Source of the DNA: an uncultured Campylobacter sp.
GTDB taxonomy: Bacteria; Campylobacterota; Campylobacteria; Campylobacterales; Campylobacteraceae
Direction: 5' to 3'
Length of the DNA stretch: 64,000 bases
Assembly: GCF_938045625.1 (NCBI RefSeq)
Contig: NZ_CALIAV010000055.1
Span: 628 to 64,627, forward strand
Shown piece after piece: positions 25,043 to 34,969 of this stretch. Within the stretch, counting starts at the first letter, position 1, and every line of letters starts with the position of its first letter. A program made the position numbers and the translations under genes. The notes beneath the pieces were generated by a model. The model ran no database searches and was not told the origin of the DNA. It saw only the letters and a list, made by a program, of their open reading frames with translations.

Positions 25043-25697
25043 CGCAAGCGGGCTTTGCCTAGGATACGAGGGCTGCGAAAAGCTCATAACGGACGCAAAA
25101 TTTGACATTTACGCCAATGATTTCGTTTTTATCACCGGGCAAAGCGGTAGCGGCAAATCGACGCTTTTAAAATCTTTTTACGGCGAGATAAAACCAAGTG
25201 CTGGCTCGCTAAACGTCTGCCTAACCGATATGATGAATCTAGGCGGGCAAAATCTGGATAAACTAAGGCAGCGCATCGGCGTAGTTTTTCAAAACTACCG
25301 CCTGATAAGCGAGTGGAATATCGAAAAAAATGTGATGCTGCCGCTGATGATAAAAGGTCTTAGCGCTAACGTTTGTAAAAATCAGGCGACCAAGCTTTTA
25401 AAGCACGTAAATTTGCTCCACAGAGCGCACAAATATCCAAACGAGCTAAGCGGCGGCGAACAGCAGCGAGCCGCGATGGCTAGGGCACTCGCGCATAATC
25501 CAAATTTGCTACTTTGCGACGAGCCGACGGGTAGCCTTGATGAATACTCAAGCGACGTTATCTGGGGACTTTTGCGTTCGGCTAAGGAGTTTTTGGGTAC
25601 CTGCATCGTGGTCGTCACGCACAGGGTGCCAAGCTCGCTAAGAGTACCCTATAGACATCTTGCTATAGAAAATGGACGCCTATATGAAATTCCTTAA
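25026..25697 (+). CDS. ftsE: FtsE-like ABC ATPase
   Basis: Walker A GQSGSGKST, LSGGEQQR, LLLCDEPTGSLD. Followed by an FtsX-like permease. Confidence 0.8.
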   Translation: MQKIISASGLCLGYEGCEKLITDAKFDIYANDFVFITGQSGSGKSTLLKSFYGEIKPSAGSLNVCLTDMMNLGGQNLDKLRQRIGVVFQNYRLISEWNIEKNVMLPLMIKGLSANVCKNQATKLLKHVNLLHRAHKYPNELSGGEQQRAAMARALAHNPNLLLCDEPTGSLDEYSSDVIWGLLRSAKEFLGTCIVVVTHRVPSSLRVPYRHLAIENGRLYEIP

Positions 25698-26493
25698 AAA
25701 CCACTTAAGCACTATAATTCCGCTTATGGCGTTACTCGTGGGCATTCAGTTTATATTGCTAGTCGGGCGAGTGGTGGACGAGTACGAGTCCGTGATGAAT
25801 AAAGACTACAACATCATCATCGTAAGTCAAAACGAGCTAAACGCTACCGACGTAAAGCCGCTCATTCATACGTTTGAATCTCTTGAACCGCTTAGTTCAA
25901 AGCCCGTACTAGAGAAGCTCTCTAAAGATATTTCATCAAAAAATATCGCCGTTTTGCAAAATGCGTTGCCTAAATTTTACTCGCTAAAGCTAAATGCCTT
26001 TCCAAGCACCCAATATATGCAAGAGATAAAGGATAAAATTTCAAAGATTAACGGCGTGAGCAGGGTTGAGACATTTTCAAAAACGCATGATAAAATTTAT
26101 AAAATCATGCAGCTGATTAAAAATATTTCGGCGATATTTTCGGGGTTAATCGGGTTAATCGGGCTTATGCTCATCGCAAAACAGATGCGAATTTGGCTAT
26201 ACGAGCACAAGGAGCGCATAGAGATAATGACGCTACTGGGAGCTCCGTCGTGGCTAAAATCGGGCGCGTTATACAAAAACGCGTTGTTTGATTCGTTTAT
26301 AGCGACCGTTTTGGTGGCGGTTTTTTACATTATCTTGCCGGATTTGCAGCCCGTTAAAGAGGTCGCTGCGGATCTAAATATAAATTTGCCAGCGATTGAT
26401 CTGCTTTACGAGGGCGGAGTACTGCTAGGCGTTTCGCTTGTGATTAGTTTTTTAGCCGTTTATCTCGTAACCAGAAAAGCAACGGCGATATGA
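25672..26493 (+). CDS. ftsX: FtsX-like permease
   Basis: 273 aa. One N-terminal TM, a periplasmic loop, then three C-terminal TMs. Operon position after ftsE. The start could instead be the ATG at 25684. Confidence 0.7.
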   Translation: MDAYMKFLKNHLSTIIPLMALLVGIQFILLVGRVVDEYESVMNKDYNIIIVSQNELNATDVKPLIHTFESLEPLSSKPVLEKLSKDISSKNIAVLQNALPKFYSLKLNAFPSTQYMQEIKDKISKINGVSRVETFSKTHDKIYKIMQLIKNISAIFSGLIGLIGLMLIAKQMRIWLYEHKERIEIMTLLGAPSWLKSGALYKNALFDSFIATVLVAVFYIILPDLQPVKEVAADLNINLPAIDLLYEGGVLLGVSLVISFLAVYLVTRKATAI

Positions 26494-27740
26494 GAAAAAT
26501 TTACGTTTTGCTGGCCGCCATGATTTGCTTAAACGCGAGCACGGGCGAAAAGATAAAAAATCAAACGACCTATCTCGAGTCCTCAAAAGAGCTCGAAAAG
26601 CAGCTAAACAAAAAGCTCGACGACCTGGCCGGCGACATACTCGGCGGCGAAAAAAGCGTCAAGCAAACCGACGACAAGATGAAAGAGCTCATCGTCCAAA
26701 TAGCGCAGCTGGAAAATAGCGCAAAAAGCGCTAGCGGCGAGCTTGACGAGCTAGTAAAGCAAAACAAAGACCTAACGCAAAGTCAAAAAAATATCCAAAA
26801 AAGTATCGTGCGTATCATCTCGGACGAGTTTTCTTTCGACCTTATAATGCCAAAAGAGTACGAGGAGGGCGTGGATAGCATCATCGCGACTGAGATTTTA
26901 AGCAAGCTAAACTCGGTGCTAAAGGATGATTTTAACGAGCTAGCCAAGCAGTACGAAAGCACGCAAAATTTGATAAAAACCCAAAACGATAAGATAGACG
27001 GGATAAAGTCAAATTTAAAAACCTTTAAATTTAAGCAAGCTGAGCTCGTTTCCTTGCAAGATAAGCAGATGAAAACGCTGGCAAATTTAAAGCGGGATAA
27101 GGAAATTTATCAAAAGCAACTCTCTCGCCTGCAAGCTCAACAGGACGAAATCAGAAAGACGCTAGAAGAGCTAAAAATCGTCGCAAAAAGAGAGAGCGAG
27201 GAGGCCAAAAAAGCTCTGGCTGCACAAAGAGCGGCTGAGGCTAAAGCTCAAAAAAATAAGAAAGATAAAAAAGGCGAGGCCGTGGCAAGCGCATCTGAGG
27301 GCGACGTGAAGCAGTTTGGCTCAAGCTATCAAACGAGTCTTGTTAAAAAATACAGCGGTGAAAAGACTATCGCGCCGCTTGACGGCTTTACGGTTAAACA
27401 AAAATTCGGCAACTATGTAGATCCCATCTATAACATCAAAATTTTTAACGAATCGGTCGTGCTTAGCGCAAATTCGGCCGACGCAAAGGTAAAAAGCGTC
27501 TTTAACGGCAAAGTGGTCTTTGCTAAAGAAACTGCGATGCTAGATAAAGTAGTCATCATCGAAAATCCAAACGGCATCCACACGATCTACGCGCACCTTA
27601 GCCAGATCGCCCCTACCGTAAAAGTGGGCGCAAAAGTGCAAAAAGGCTACGTCATCGGGCGCGTGCAGCGAGATCTAACCTTTGAAGTTACGCAGAAAAA
27701 CTACCACATAGACCCCCTTGAGCTAATCAGCCTAAAATAG
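26490..27740 (+). CDS. EnvC-like coiled-coil protein with a degenerate M23/LytM domain
   Basis: Signal peptide, about 250 aa of coiled coil, and a C-terminal LytM fold. HxxxD is replaced by NESVV, and HLH by DLT. Confidence 0.8.
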   Translation: MRKIYVLLAAMICLNASTGEKIKNQTTYLESSKELEKQLNKKLDDLAGDILGGEKSVKQTDDKMKELIVQIAQLENSAKSASGELDELVKQNKDLTQSQKNIQKSIVRIISDEFSFDLIMPKEYEEGVDSIIATEILSKLNSVLKDDFNELAKQYESTQNLIKTQNDKIDGIKSNLKTFKFKQAELVSLQDKQMKTLANLKRDKEIYQKQLSRLQAQQDEIRKTLEELKIVAKRESEEAKKALAAQRAAEAKAQKNKKDKKGEAVASASEGDVKQFGSSYQTSLVKKYSGEKTIAPLDGFTVKQKFGNYVDPIYNIKIFNESVVLSANSADAKVKSVFNGKVVFAKETAMLDKVVIIENPNGIHTIYAHLSQIAPTVKVGAKVQKGYVIGRVQRDLTFEVTQKNYHIDPLELISLK

Positions 27741-27808
27741 CACCTGCGCGCCGAGATTAGCAAAATTTAAAGCAAATTTAGCTAGAATCCGAAAATTTAA
27801 GGAGATGA

Positions 27809-28531
<723 letters not shown>

Positions 28532-28546
28532 ATTTAAGGAGAATAA

Positions 28547-28765
28547 ATGAGATCTGAAGAAGTAGCGGCAAAGGCTCTAAAACTCGTCGGAGACGATAGA
28601 TATAAGCTGGCTCTAGTCGTAGCAAAAAGGGCCGAGGCTCTAGCCGGCGGCGCAAAAAGCTTGCTTGATATCGACGTTACTAAGATGAAATTTGCCGATA
28701 TCGCCCTACGCGAGATAGCTGAGGGCAAGATAGCTTTAGAGGGTATAGTTGAAGCAGCTAAATAG
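28547..28765 (+). CDS. rpoZ: RNA polymerase omega subunit
   Basis: 72 aa. [13 protein letters not shown] motif. Position between pyrH and spoT. Confidence 0.8.
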   Translation: MRSEEVAAKALKLVGDDRYKLALVVAKRAEALAGGAKSLLDIDVTKMKFADIALREIAEGKIALEGIVEAAK

Positions 28766-30947
28766 CGGATTTTTACTAGAACAATTAATCGACGATATAA
28801 CCGCTTGCAAGGACGTCGCTCAGGCGAGGCAGTTACTTAGCGAGCTGATAATTTTTACGCCGAATTTAGAGCGAGCGATCGAGTGCTGCGTTATCTCGCA
28901 TGCCGGACAGTTTAGAAAAAGCGGCGAACCGTATGCTATACACCCTATCCTAGTGTCCTGCATCGTGGCGCACATGGGCGGGGACGAGGATATGATTATC
29001 GCCGCCTTGCTTCATGACGTGGTTGAGGATACGGATAGATCGATAGAGAGCGTGCGAGAGGACTTTGGCGAAGAGGTCGCAAAGCTAGTCGAGGGACTAA
29101 CAAAAATCGTAGCCATCAGAGAAGATAAGCTCGCAAGCTCGGAGTCAAACGAGCGTTTGGCGGCGTCTGCGATGACATTTCGCAAGATGTTGCTAATATC
29201 TATCGAGGACGTGAGAGTGCTCGTGGTAAAGCTTTGCGATAGGCTACACAACATGCTAACCCTGCAAGCTTTGCGTCCTGAAAAGCAAAAGCGAATCGCT
29301 GAAGAGACGCTGATGGTTTATGCTCCGATCGCGCATAGGCTAGGCATTTCGTCGATCAAAAACGTGCTTGAGGATCTTAGCTTTAAGTATGCTTTGCCAG
29401 AAGAGTACAAAAAAATCGACGACTACTTAACCGAGCACAAACAGCAACTTGTGCTAAAGCTAAACGCGTTTACCGATAAAATTTTTCAAATTTTACTCAA
29501 AAACGGCTTTAGCGAAAACGACTTTGAGATACAAAAACGTATCAAACATCACTACTCGATTTACTTAAAAATGCAGCGAAAAGGCATCTCGATCGAGGAG
29601 GTGCTAGACCTGCTAGCTGCGCGCGTACTGGTTAAAGAGCCGCAGGATTGCTATTTGGTACTTGGAAATTTGCATATAAATTTTAACCCTCTAATCTCGC
29701 GTTTTAAAGACTACGTCGCGCTTCCGAAGCAAAACGGCTACCAAACGATACACACTACGATATTTGATAACAAAAGCATCTTTGAGGTTCAAATTCGTAC
29801 TTTTGACATGCATAAAACCGCAGAGTACGGCGTCGCGGCGCACTGGAAATATAAAAGCGGCGGCTTTTTAAACCCGAAACTTGACTGGCTAAGCGATATC
29901 AGCGGCATAGAAAACGGCATGGAGGAAGCAAGCGAAAACCCCGAGGAGCTCTACGAATACGCAAAAGACAGCCTCTACGTCGAGGACGTCGCGGTTTATT
30001 CGCCAAAGGGCGATATATTTACGCTACCGCGCGGCGCAACGGCGCTTGACTACGCTTACGAGATACACACGCACGTAGGCTTGCATGCTAAAGAAGCCTA
30101 CGTAAACCGCGTGCGCGTGCCGCTACTAACGGAGCTAAAAAACGGCGATATCGTGAGTATCGTAACCGGAGATGAGCCAAAATACCGCTGTTCGTGGCTA
30201 GGCAGCGTAAAAACCGGTAAGGCTAGAGCCACGATTCGATCGTACTGCAAGCAAAAGATAAGAGATATCAACAATATGGTCGCGATCGAAATTTTAAGCG
30301 GCATTTTCGCGGTACCTTCAACAACCATCGAGCAGTGGCTAGAGACTGAAAATTTGACCAAGAAAATTTTTAGAGCCGCGTTTGACTCGGTTTACCTACA
30401 AGATGTGGTCAATGCGCTAAAAAAATATGTAAAAAGAGACCGTCCGTTTGCTATCGCGATGACGGATAAATATAACGTCAAAAAGCAAAAATTTGAAAAC
30501 ATCGTGATCTACTCGAATCACAAGATAAACAGCATCGAGTTTGATTACTGCTGCAATCCAAAGCGCGGCGACGATATCGTGGGATTTAGAAACTATCACC
30601 ATGTCACCGTCCACCACAAGCTTTGCGAGCGGTTTATGAAGCTAGCCGAAGAAAAAAACGAGATGATTTTCGTCAAATGGACGCGAGTCGCTCCGCATAG
30701 ATTTAAGATTATCTTGAGCCTAGAAAACAGACGCGGGTCGCTTGCGGAGTTTTTGACATATATGGCAAAAATGCAGGTCGATCTCGTAACTATCAGCCTC
30801 ACCGAAACTAGAGAGGCGACGGCGGACTTTTTTGAGCTGACGATCGAGCTTGGCGAAAATTTGAACGTAAACGAGATAAAAGAACGACTAAGAGATCGCT
30901 ACAAGATCATCGACTTCGTGTCGCTTGACGACGCATACGGACATTAA
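28749..30947 (+). CDS. spoT: Bifunctional (p)ppGpp synthetase/hydrolase
   Basis: HD domain (HDVVEDT), RelA/SpoT synthetase (YQTIHTT, RTFDMH), TGS and ACT-like C-terminus. TTG start overlapping rpoZ. Confidence 0.9.
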   Translation: MKQLNSGFLLEQLIDDITACKDVAQARQLLSELIIFTPNLERAIECCVISHAGQFRKSGEPYAIHPILVSCIVAHMGGDEDMIIAALLHDVVEDTDRSIESVREDFGEEVAKLVEGLTKIVAIREDKLASSESNERLAASAMTFRKMLLISIEDVRVLVVKLCDRLHNMLTLQALRPEKQKRIAEETLMVYAPIAHRLGISSIKNVLEDLSFKYALPEEYKKIDDYLTEHKQQLVLKLNAFTDKIFQILLKNGFSENDFEIQKRIKHHYSIYLKMQRKGISIEEVLDLLAARVLVKEPQDCYLVLGNLHINFNPLISRFKDYVALPKQNGYQTIHTTIFDNKSIFEVQIRTFDMHKTAEYGVAAHWKYKSGGFLNPKLDWLSDISGIENGMEEASENPEELYEYAKDSLYVEDVAVYSPKGDIFTLPRGATALDYAYEIHTHVGLHAKEAYVNRVRVPLLTELKNGDIVSIVTGDEPKYRCSWLGSVKTGKARATIRSYCKQKIRDINNMVAIEILSGIFAVPSTTIEQWLETENLTKKIFRAAFDSVYLQDVVNALKKYVKRDRPFAIAMTDKYNVKKQKFENIVIYSNHKINSIEFDYCCNPKRGDDIVGFRNYHHVTVHHKLCERFMKLAEEKNEMIFVKWTRVAPHRFKIILSLENRRGSLAEFLTYMAKMQVDLVTISLTETREATADFFELTIELGENLNVNEIKERLRDRYKIIDFVSLDDAYGH

Positions 30948-30964
30948 TAAATTTAGGAGAGAAA

Positions 30965-32173
30965 ATGGGCGAAAATTTGAACAAAATAATGAGCGATATA
31001 AAAAAAGGCGTCGCCGAGATGATAGACGAGGAGCGCGTCGAAAATTTAGTAAAAAACTACTATGAAAAGGGCGAAAATTTCTACGTTAAAGCAGGTTTTG
31101 ATCCGACGGCTCCGGATCTACACCTGGGCCACACTGTAGTGCTTCAAAAGATGGCTCTTTTGCAAAAGCATGGAGCGATAGTGCAGTTTTTGATAGGCGA
31201 TTTCACGGGGCAAATCGGCGATCCTAGCGGCAAAAGTCAGACGCGAAAAAAGCTAGACCGCGAGACCGTGGCGGCAAATGCTAAAACCTACGAGGAGCAG
31301 GTTTTTAAAATCCTAGACCCGCAAAAAACTAAGATAATGTTTAACTCCAAGTGGCTAAACGAGCTGGGAGCCGCGGGCATCGTGGAACTAACTAGCACCT
31401 TTGCGGTGGCTAGGATGCTTGAGCGCGATGATTTCGAAAAAAGATATAAAAGCGGCGCCTCGATCTCGATTAGCGAATTTTTATATCCGCTCCTTCAGGG
31501 CTACGACAGCGTCGCGATGAAGTGCGATATCGAGATGGGCGGTACGGATCAGAAATTTAACCTTTTAATGGGGCGAACCTTGCAGCGAGTTTACAACGTC
31601 GGCAAAGAACAAGCCGTCATCATGATGCCGCTTTTAGAGGGGCTTGACGGCGTAAATAAAATGAGTAAGAGCCTAGGAAACTACATCGGCGTGACCGACG
31701 AGCCAAACGATATGTTTGCTAAGGTTTTAAGCGTGAGCGACGAGCTGATGTGGCGCTGGTACGAGCTTCTTAGCGAAAAAAGCACGGAAGAAATCGCAAA
31801 TTTGAAAGCGGACGTAGCTAGCGGCAAAGCTCACCCAAAAGCCGTAAAAGAGGCTCTCGCGCTAGAAATCACGGCTAGATATAACGGCGAGGCGGTGGCG
31901 AAAGAGGCAAAGGCCGAATTTGACCGCGTGCATTCGCAAAATTTGATCCCGACCGAGATGGACGAGTTTGAGCTCTTGGCTCCCGCTTGGATCGTGCAAG
32001 CGCTCACTCACTGCGGACTATGCGCTAGCAGCTCTCAGGCGCGCCGAGACATCGCGGCAAACGCCGTCAGCCTAAATCAAGAAAAGATCGCCGACGAGCA
32101 GCTAAAGCTGGGCGCTGGCGAATACGTCTTGCAGGTCGGCAAGCGTAAATTTGCAAAACTAAAGGTAACCTGA
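30965..32173 (+). CDS. tyrS: Tyrosine--tRNA ligase
   Basis: HLGH and KMSKS motifs. C-terminal S4-like domain. Confidence 0.95.
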   Translation: MGENLNKIMSDIKKGVAEMIDEERVENLVKNYYEKGENFYVKAGFDPTAPDLHLGHTVVLQKMALLQKHGAIVQFLIGDFTGQIGDPSGKSQTRKKLDRETVAANAKTYEEQVFKILDPQKTKIMFNSKWLNELGAAGIVELTSTFAVARMLERDDFEKRYKSGASISISEFLYPLLQGYDSVAMKCDIEMGGTDQKFNLLMGRTLQRVYNVGKEQAVIMMPLLEGLDGVNKMSKSLGNYIGVTDEPNDMFAKVLSVSDELMWRWYELLSEKSTEEIANLKADVASGKAHPKAVKEALALEITARYNGEAVAKEAKAEFDRVHSQNLIPTEMDEFELLAPAWIVQALTHCGLCASSSQARRDIAANAVSLNQEKIADEQLKLGAGEYVLQVGKRKFAKLKVT

Positions 32174-33264
32174 TGCAACCCGTAAAAATCGGAAAATACG
32201 ATATAAAATACCCGATAATCCAAGGCGGAATGGGGCTTGGTATCAGTTGGGATAGGCTCGCTGGAAACGTCAGCCTAGAAGGTGGCCTAGGCGTCATAAG
32301 CTCGGTAGGAACGGGCTACTACGAAGGGCGAAAATATATCACCAAAGAGCTAAACGCAAAGCCCTACGGCAGCGGAAATTTCTACTCGCGAGAGGGGCTA
32401 AAAGCCGTCATTGATAATGCGCGTAAAATTTGCGGCGATAGGCCTCTTGGGGTCAATATTTTGTACGCCAGCAACGACTACGAGCGTATCGTAAAAGACG
32501 CCTGCGACCACGGCATAAACGTGATCATCACGGGCGCTGGGCTACCGACGAATTTGCCAGAATTTACAGTAGACTACCCAGACGTGGCTTTGGTTCCTAT
32601 CGTGTCCTCGGCAAAGGCGCTAAAAATCATCTGCAAACGCTGGCAAGGGCGCTACGGCAGGCTTCCAGACGCGGTGGTGCTCGAGGGGCCTCTTAGCGGC
32701 GGGCACCAGGGATTTACATACGAGCAGTGTATCGATCCCGCGTACAGCCTGGAAAATTTGATAACGCCAGTTAGCGAAGAGATAAAGCAGTGGGGCGATT
32801 TTCCGCTATTTGCGGCGGGCGGTATCTGGGATAAAAATGATATCGATAAGGCTATCTCGCTTGGCGCAAACGGCGTACAGATGGGCACTCGCTTTATCGG
32901 TACGCACGAGTGCGACGCTAGTGAGGAGTTTAAGCAAGTGTTGCTAGCGGCCAAAAAAGAGGACATCGAGCTGATCAAAAGCCCGGTAGGCTACCCTGCG
33001 CGCGGCGTTAGGACGAATTTAATAAACCTAGTCGATAAGCGCCAGGGTCCAAAAATCAGCTGCGTAAGCAACTGCGTAAGCCCGTGCCAGCGCGGCAAGG
33101 AAGCCAAAGAAGTCGGCTACTGTATCGCAGACCGTCTTTACGACGCATTCGCGGGACGAAAGGACACGGGGCTGTTTTTTACCGGCGCCAACGGATACAA
33201 GCTAAACGAGATAATAAGCGTGAAAGAACTATTTGAAAAACTGATAAATGGCGAAGATAGTTAA
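32173..33264 (+). CDS. NAD(P)H-dependent FMN oxidoreductase, nitronate monooxygenase (NMO/FabK-like) family
   Basis: PIIQGGMG start motif and AAGGIWD FMN-binding segment. Confidence 0.75.
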   Translation: MQPVKIGKYDIKYPIIQGGMGLGISWDRLAGNVSLEGGLGVISSVGTGYYEGRKYITKELNAKPYGSGNFYSREGLKAVIDNARKICGDRPLGVNILYASNDYERIVKDACDHGINVIITGAGLPTNLPEFTVDYPDVALVPIVSSAKALKIICKRWQGRYGRLPDAVVLEGPLSGGHQGFTYEQCIDPAYSLENLITPVSEEIKQWGDFPLFAAGGIWDKNDIDKAISLGANGVQMGTRFIGTHECDASEEFKQVLLAAKKEDIELIKSPVGYPARGVRTNLINLVDKRQGPKISCVSNCVSPCQRGKEAKEVGYCIADRLYDAFAGRKDTGLFFTGANGYKLNEIISVKELFEKLINGEDS

Positions 33265-34969
33265 ATTATTTTTAATACTTCTATTTTTTTTGAATAGTGC
33301 GGTTTGCGCAAGCGCTTTATCGAGTTTAGATAAATTCGATAAAAATTTTGATAGCGCAGCCAATAAAGAAAAGATCGCAATGCATCAAGAGCTAAGGACT
33401 CTTTACGTAAAATCCATAATGGAAAATAACGTAAATTTAAGAGTCCAAAGCCTAACTAGACTTATAAAAAGTTCAAAAGCCCTAGGGCTAGATACCAAAC
33501 CGTATGAAAAAGAGCTCGCGAGCATACCGCAGTCTACAAAGCCAAGCGAAGAAAAACCAAAACAAGAAATAAAGCAGGTCAAAAAAGAACAACAAAAACA
33601 AGAGCCAAAGCAAAAAGAAGTAAAACTGAGCCAGCTATCCTCGGCTCCGCTGGCCGCCCAAAATGCCAAAACCGTCAAAAATCAAACTTTGCAGCTTCTA
33701 GAAGCTTTGGATAACGACGGAAATTTCGAGCTAAAATTTAGCCGCCAGTTAAACGGTAACGATATCAAAAAAACTGACCTAAATCAAAAAGGGTCTTATA
33801 AGACGATATATGAATTTAAAGGAATTTGGAGTGGCGGAAAACTGCAAAGATTTAAGAACTACCTGGTGGATGAGATCCGCATAAGTCAGTTTGACGAAAA
33901 AACCGTTAGGGTGGTATTCGTAAGTCAATTCGAGCCAAATTTAAAACTTAGAGTCGATAATCAGTCTTTAATTTTCTCAAAGGCTAAGCCCACGCAAAGC
34001 CAAAATTTAACGAGTCAAAACAGTAAACAAAAAAATCATCAACCGTCTATCAAGAAAGAGCTCCCCAAAATCGCTGCAAATTCGAAATCTGAAATAACTC
34101 AAATACAACAGCAAAAAGCAACTCAACATCAAGGTCAAAATCAAAAGCTCGCTCAGCAAAAGCAAGAAAAAGTTGCCGCGCAGACCAAGACGGATGCTAA
34201 AAGTACCCAAAGCACCACCGAAAAGGATGAGCAAGAAATTGTGCTGGCGCCCGTAAAAACGACAAGCACTAAAAAAATCACAAGCGCTAAAGGTAAGGTT
34301 GTCGTCCTTGACGCAGGACACGGCGGCGATGATCCGGGGGCTATAAACGGATCGCTAAAAGAAAAAAATATCGTGCTAAGTATCGCGCAAAAGGCCGGCA
34401 AGGAGCTGCAAGGACGCGGCTACAAGGTGTATTACACTCGTAGTAAGGATAAATTTATCAACCTTCGCGACCGCACGAAATACGCCAATGACAAGGCCGC
34501 AGACCTCTTTATCTCCATCCACGCAAACGCCGCGCCGAGCAAAACCAAGGCAGCGACTATGCGCGGCATAGAGACGTTTTTCCTCTCGCCGGCTCGTTCT
34601 GAGCGTAGCAAAAACGCCGCTGCCCTGGAAAATAAATCCGACATCGAGGAGATGAACTATTTTTCTAAGCAGACATTTTTAAATTTCCTTAACCGCGAGA
34701 AAATCATCGCCTCAAACAAGCTCGCCATCGACGTTCAACGCGAAGTTTTAGCGCGAGCAAAATCAGTGAGCTCAAAGGCCTCCGACGGCGGCGTTCGCGA
34801 GGCGCCTTTTTGGGTGCTAGTGGGCGCGCTGATGCCTGCGGTGCTGCTTGAGGTCGGCTACATCACTCACCCTAGCGAAGGTGATCTCATAAATAACTCA
34901 AAATACCAAGACGCCCTAGCCAAGGGGCTCGCAGACGGCATAGACGTCTATTTTTCAAACCAGCAATGA
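33248..34969 (+). CDS. amiA: N-acetylmuramoyl-L-alanine amidase with an AMIN domain and K/Q-rich linkers
   Basis: Amidase_3 motifs (VVLDAGHGGDDPGA, FISIHANA, LLEVGY). AMIN-like domain at about aa 140-240. Low-complexity K/Q/E tracts. Confidence 0.85.
   Translation: MAKIVKLFLILLFFLNSAVCASALSSLDKFDKNFDSAANKEKIAMHQELRTLYVKSIMENNVNLRVQSLTRLIKSSKALGLDTKPYEKELASIPQSTKPSEEKPKQEIKQVKKEQQKQEPKQKEVKLSQLSSAPLAAQNAKTVKNQTLQLLEALDNDGNFELKFSRQLNGNDIKKTDLNQKGSYKTIYEFKGIWSGGKLQRFKNYLVDEIRISQFDEKTVRVVFVSQFEPNLKLRVDNQSLIFSKAKPTQSQNLTSQNSKQKNHQPSIKKELPKIAANSKSEITQIQQQKATQHQGQNQKLAQQKQEKVAAQTKTDAKSTQSTTEKDEQEIVLAPVKTTSTKKITSAKGKVVVLDAGHGGDDPGAINGSLKEKNIVLSIAQKAGKELQGRGYKVYYTRSKDKFINLRDRTKYANDKAADLFISIHANAAPSKTKAATMRGIETFFLSPARSERSKNAAALENKSDIEEMNYFSKQTFLNFLNREKIIASNKLAIDVQREVLARAKSVSSKASDGGVREAPFWVLVGALMPAVLLEVGYITHPSEGDLINNSKYQDALAKGLADGIDVYFSNQQ

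Noticed and set aside
33530-34320. K/Q/E-rich low-complexity tracts in AmiA as a separate repeat element.
   Set aside because: They are in frame and flank a recognisable AMIN domain. Such linkers are common in cell-wall amidases, so nothing is needed beyond the gene call.
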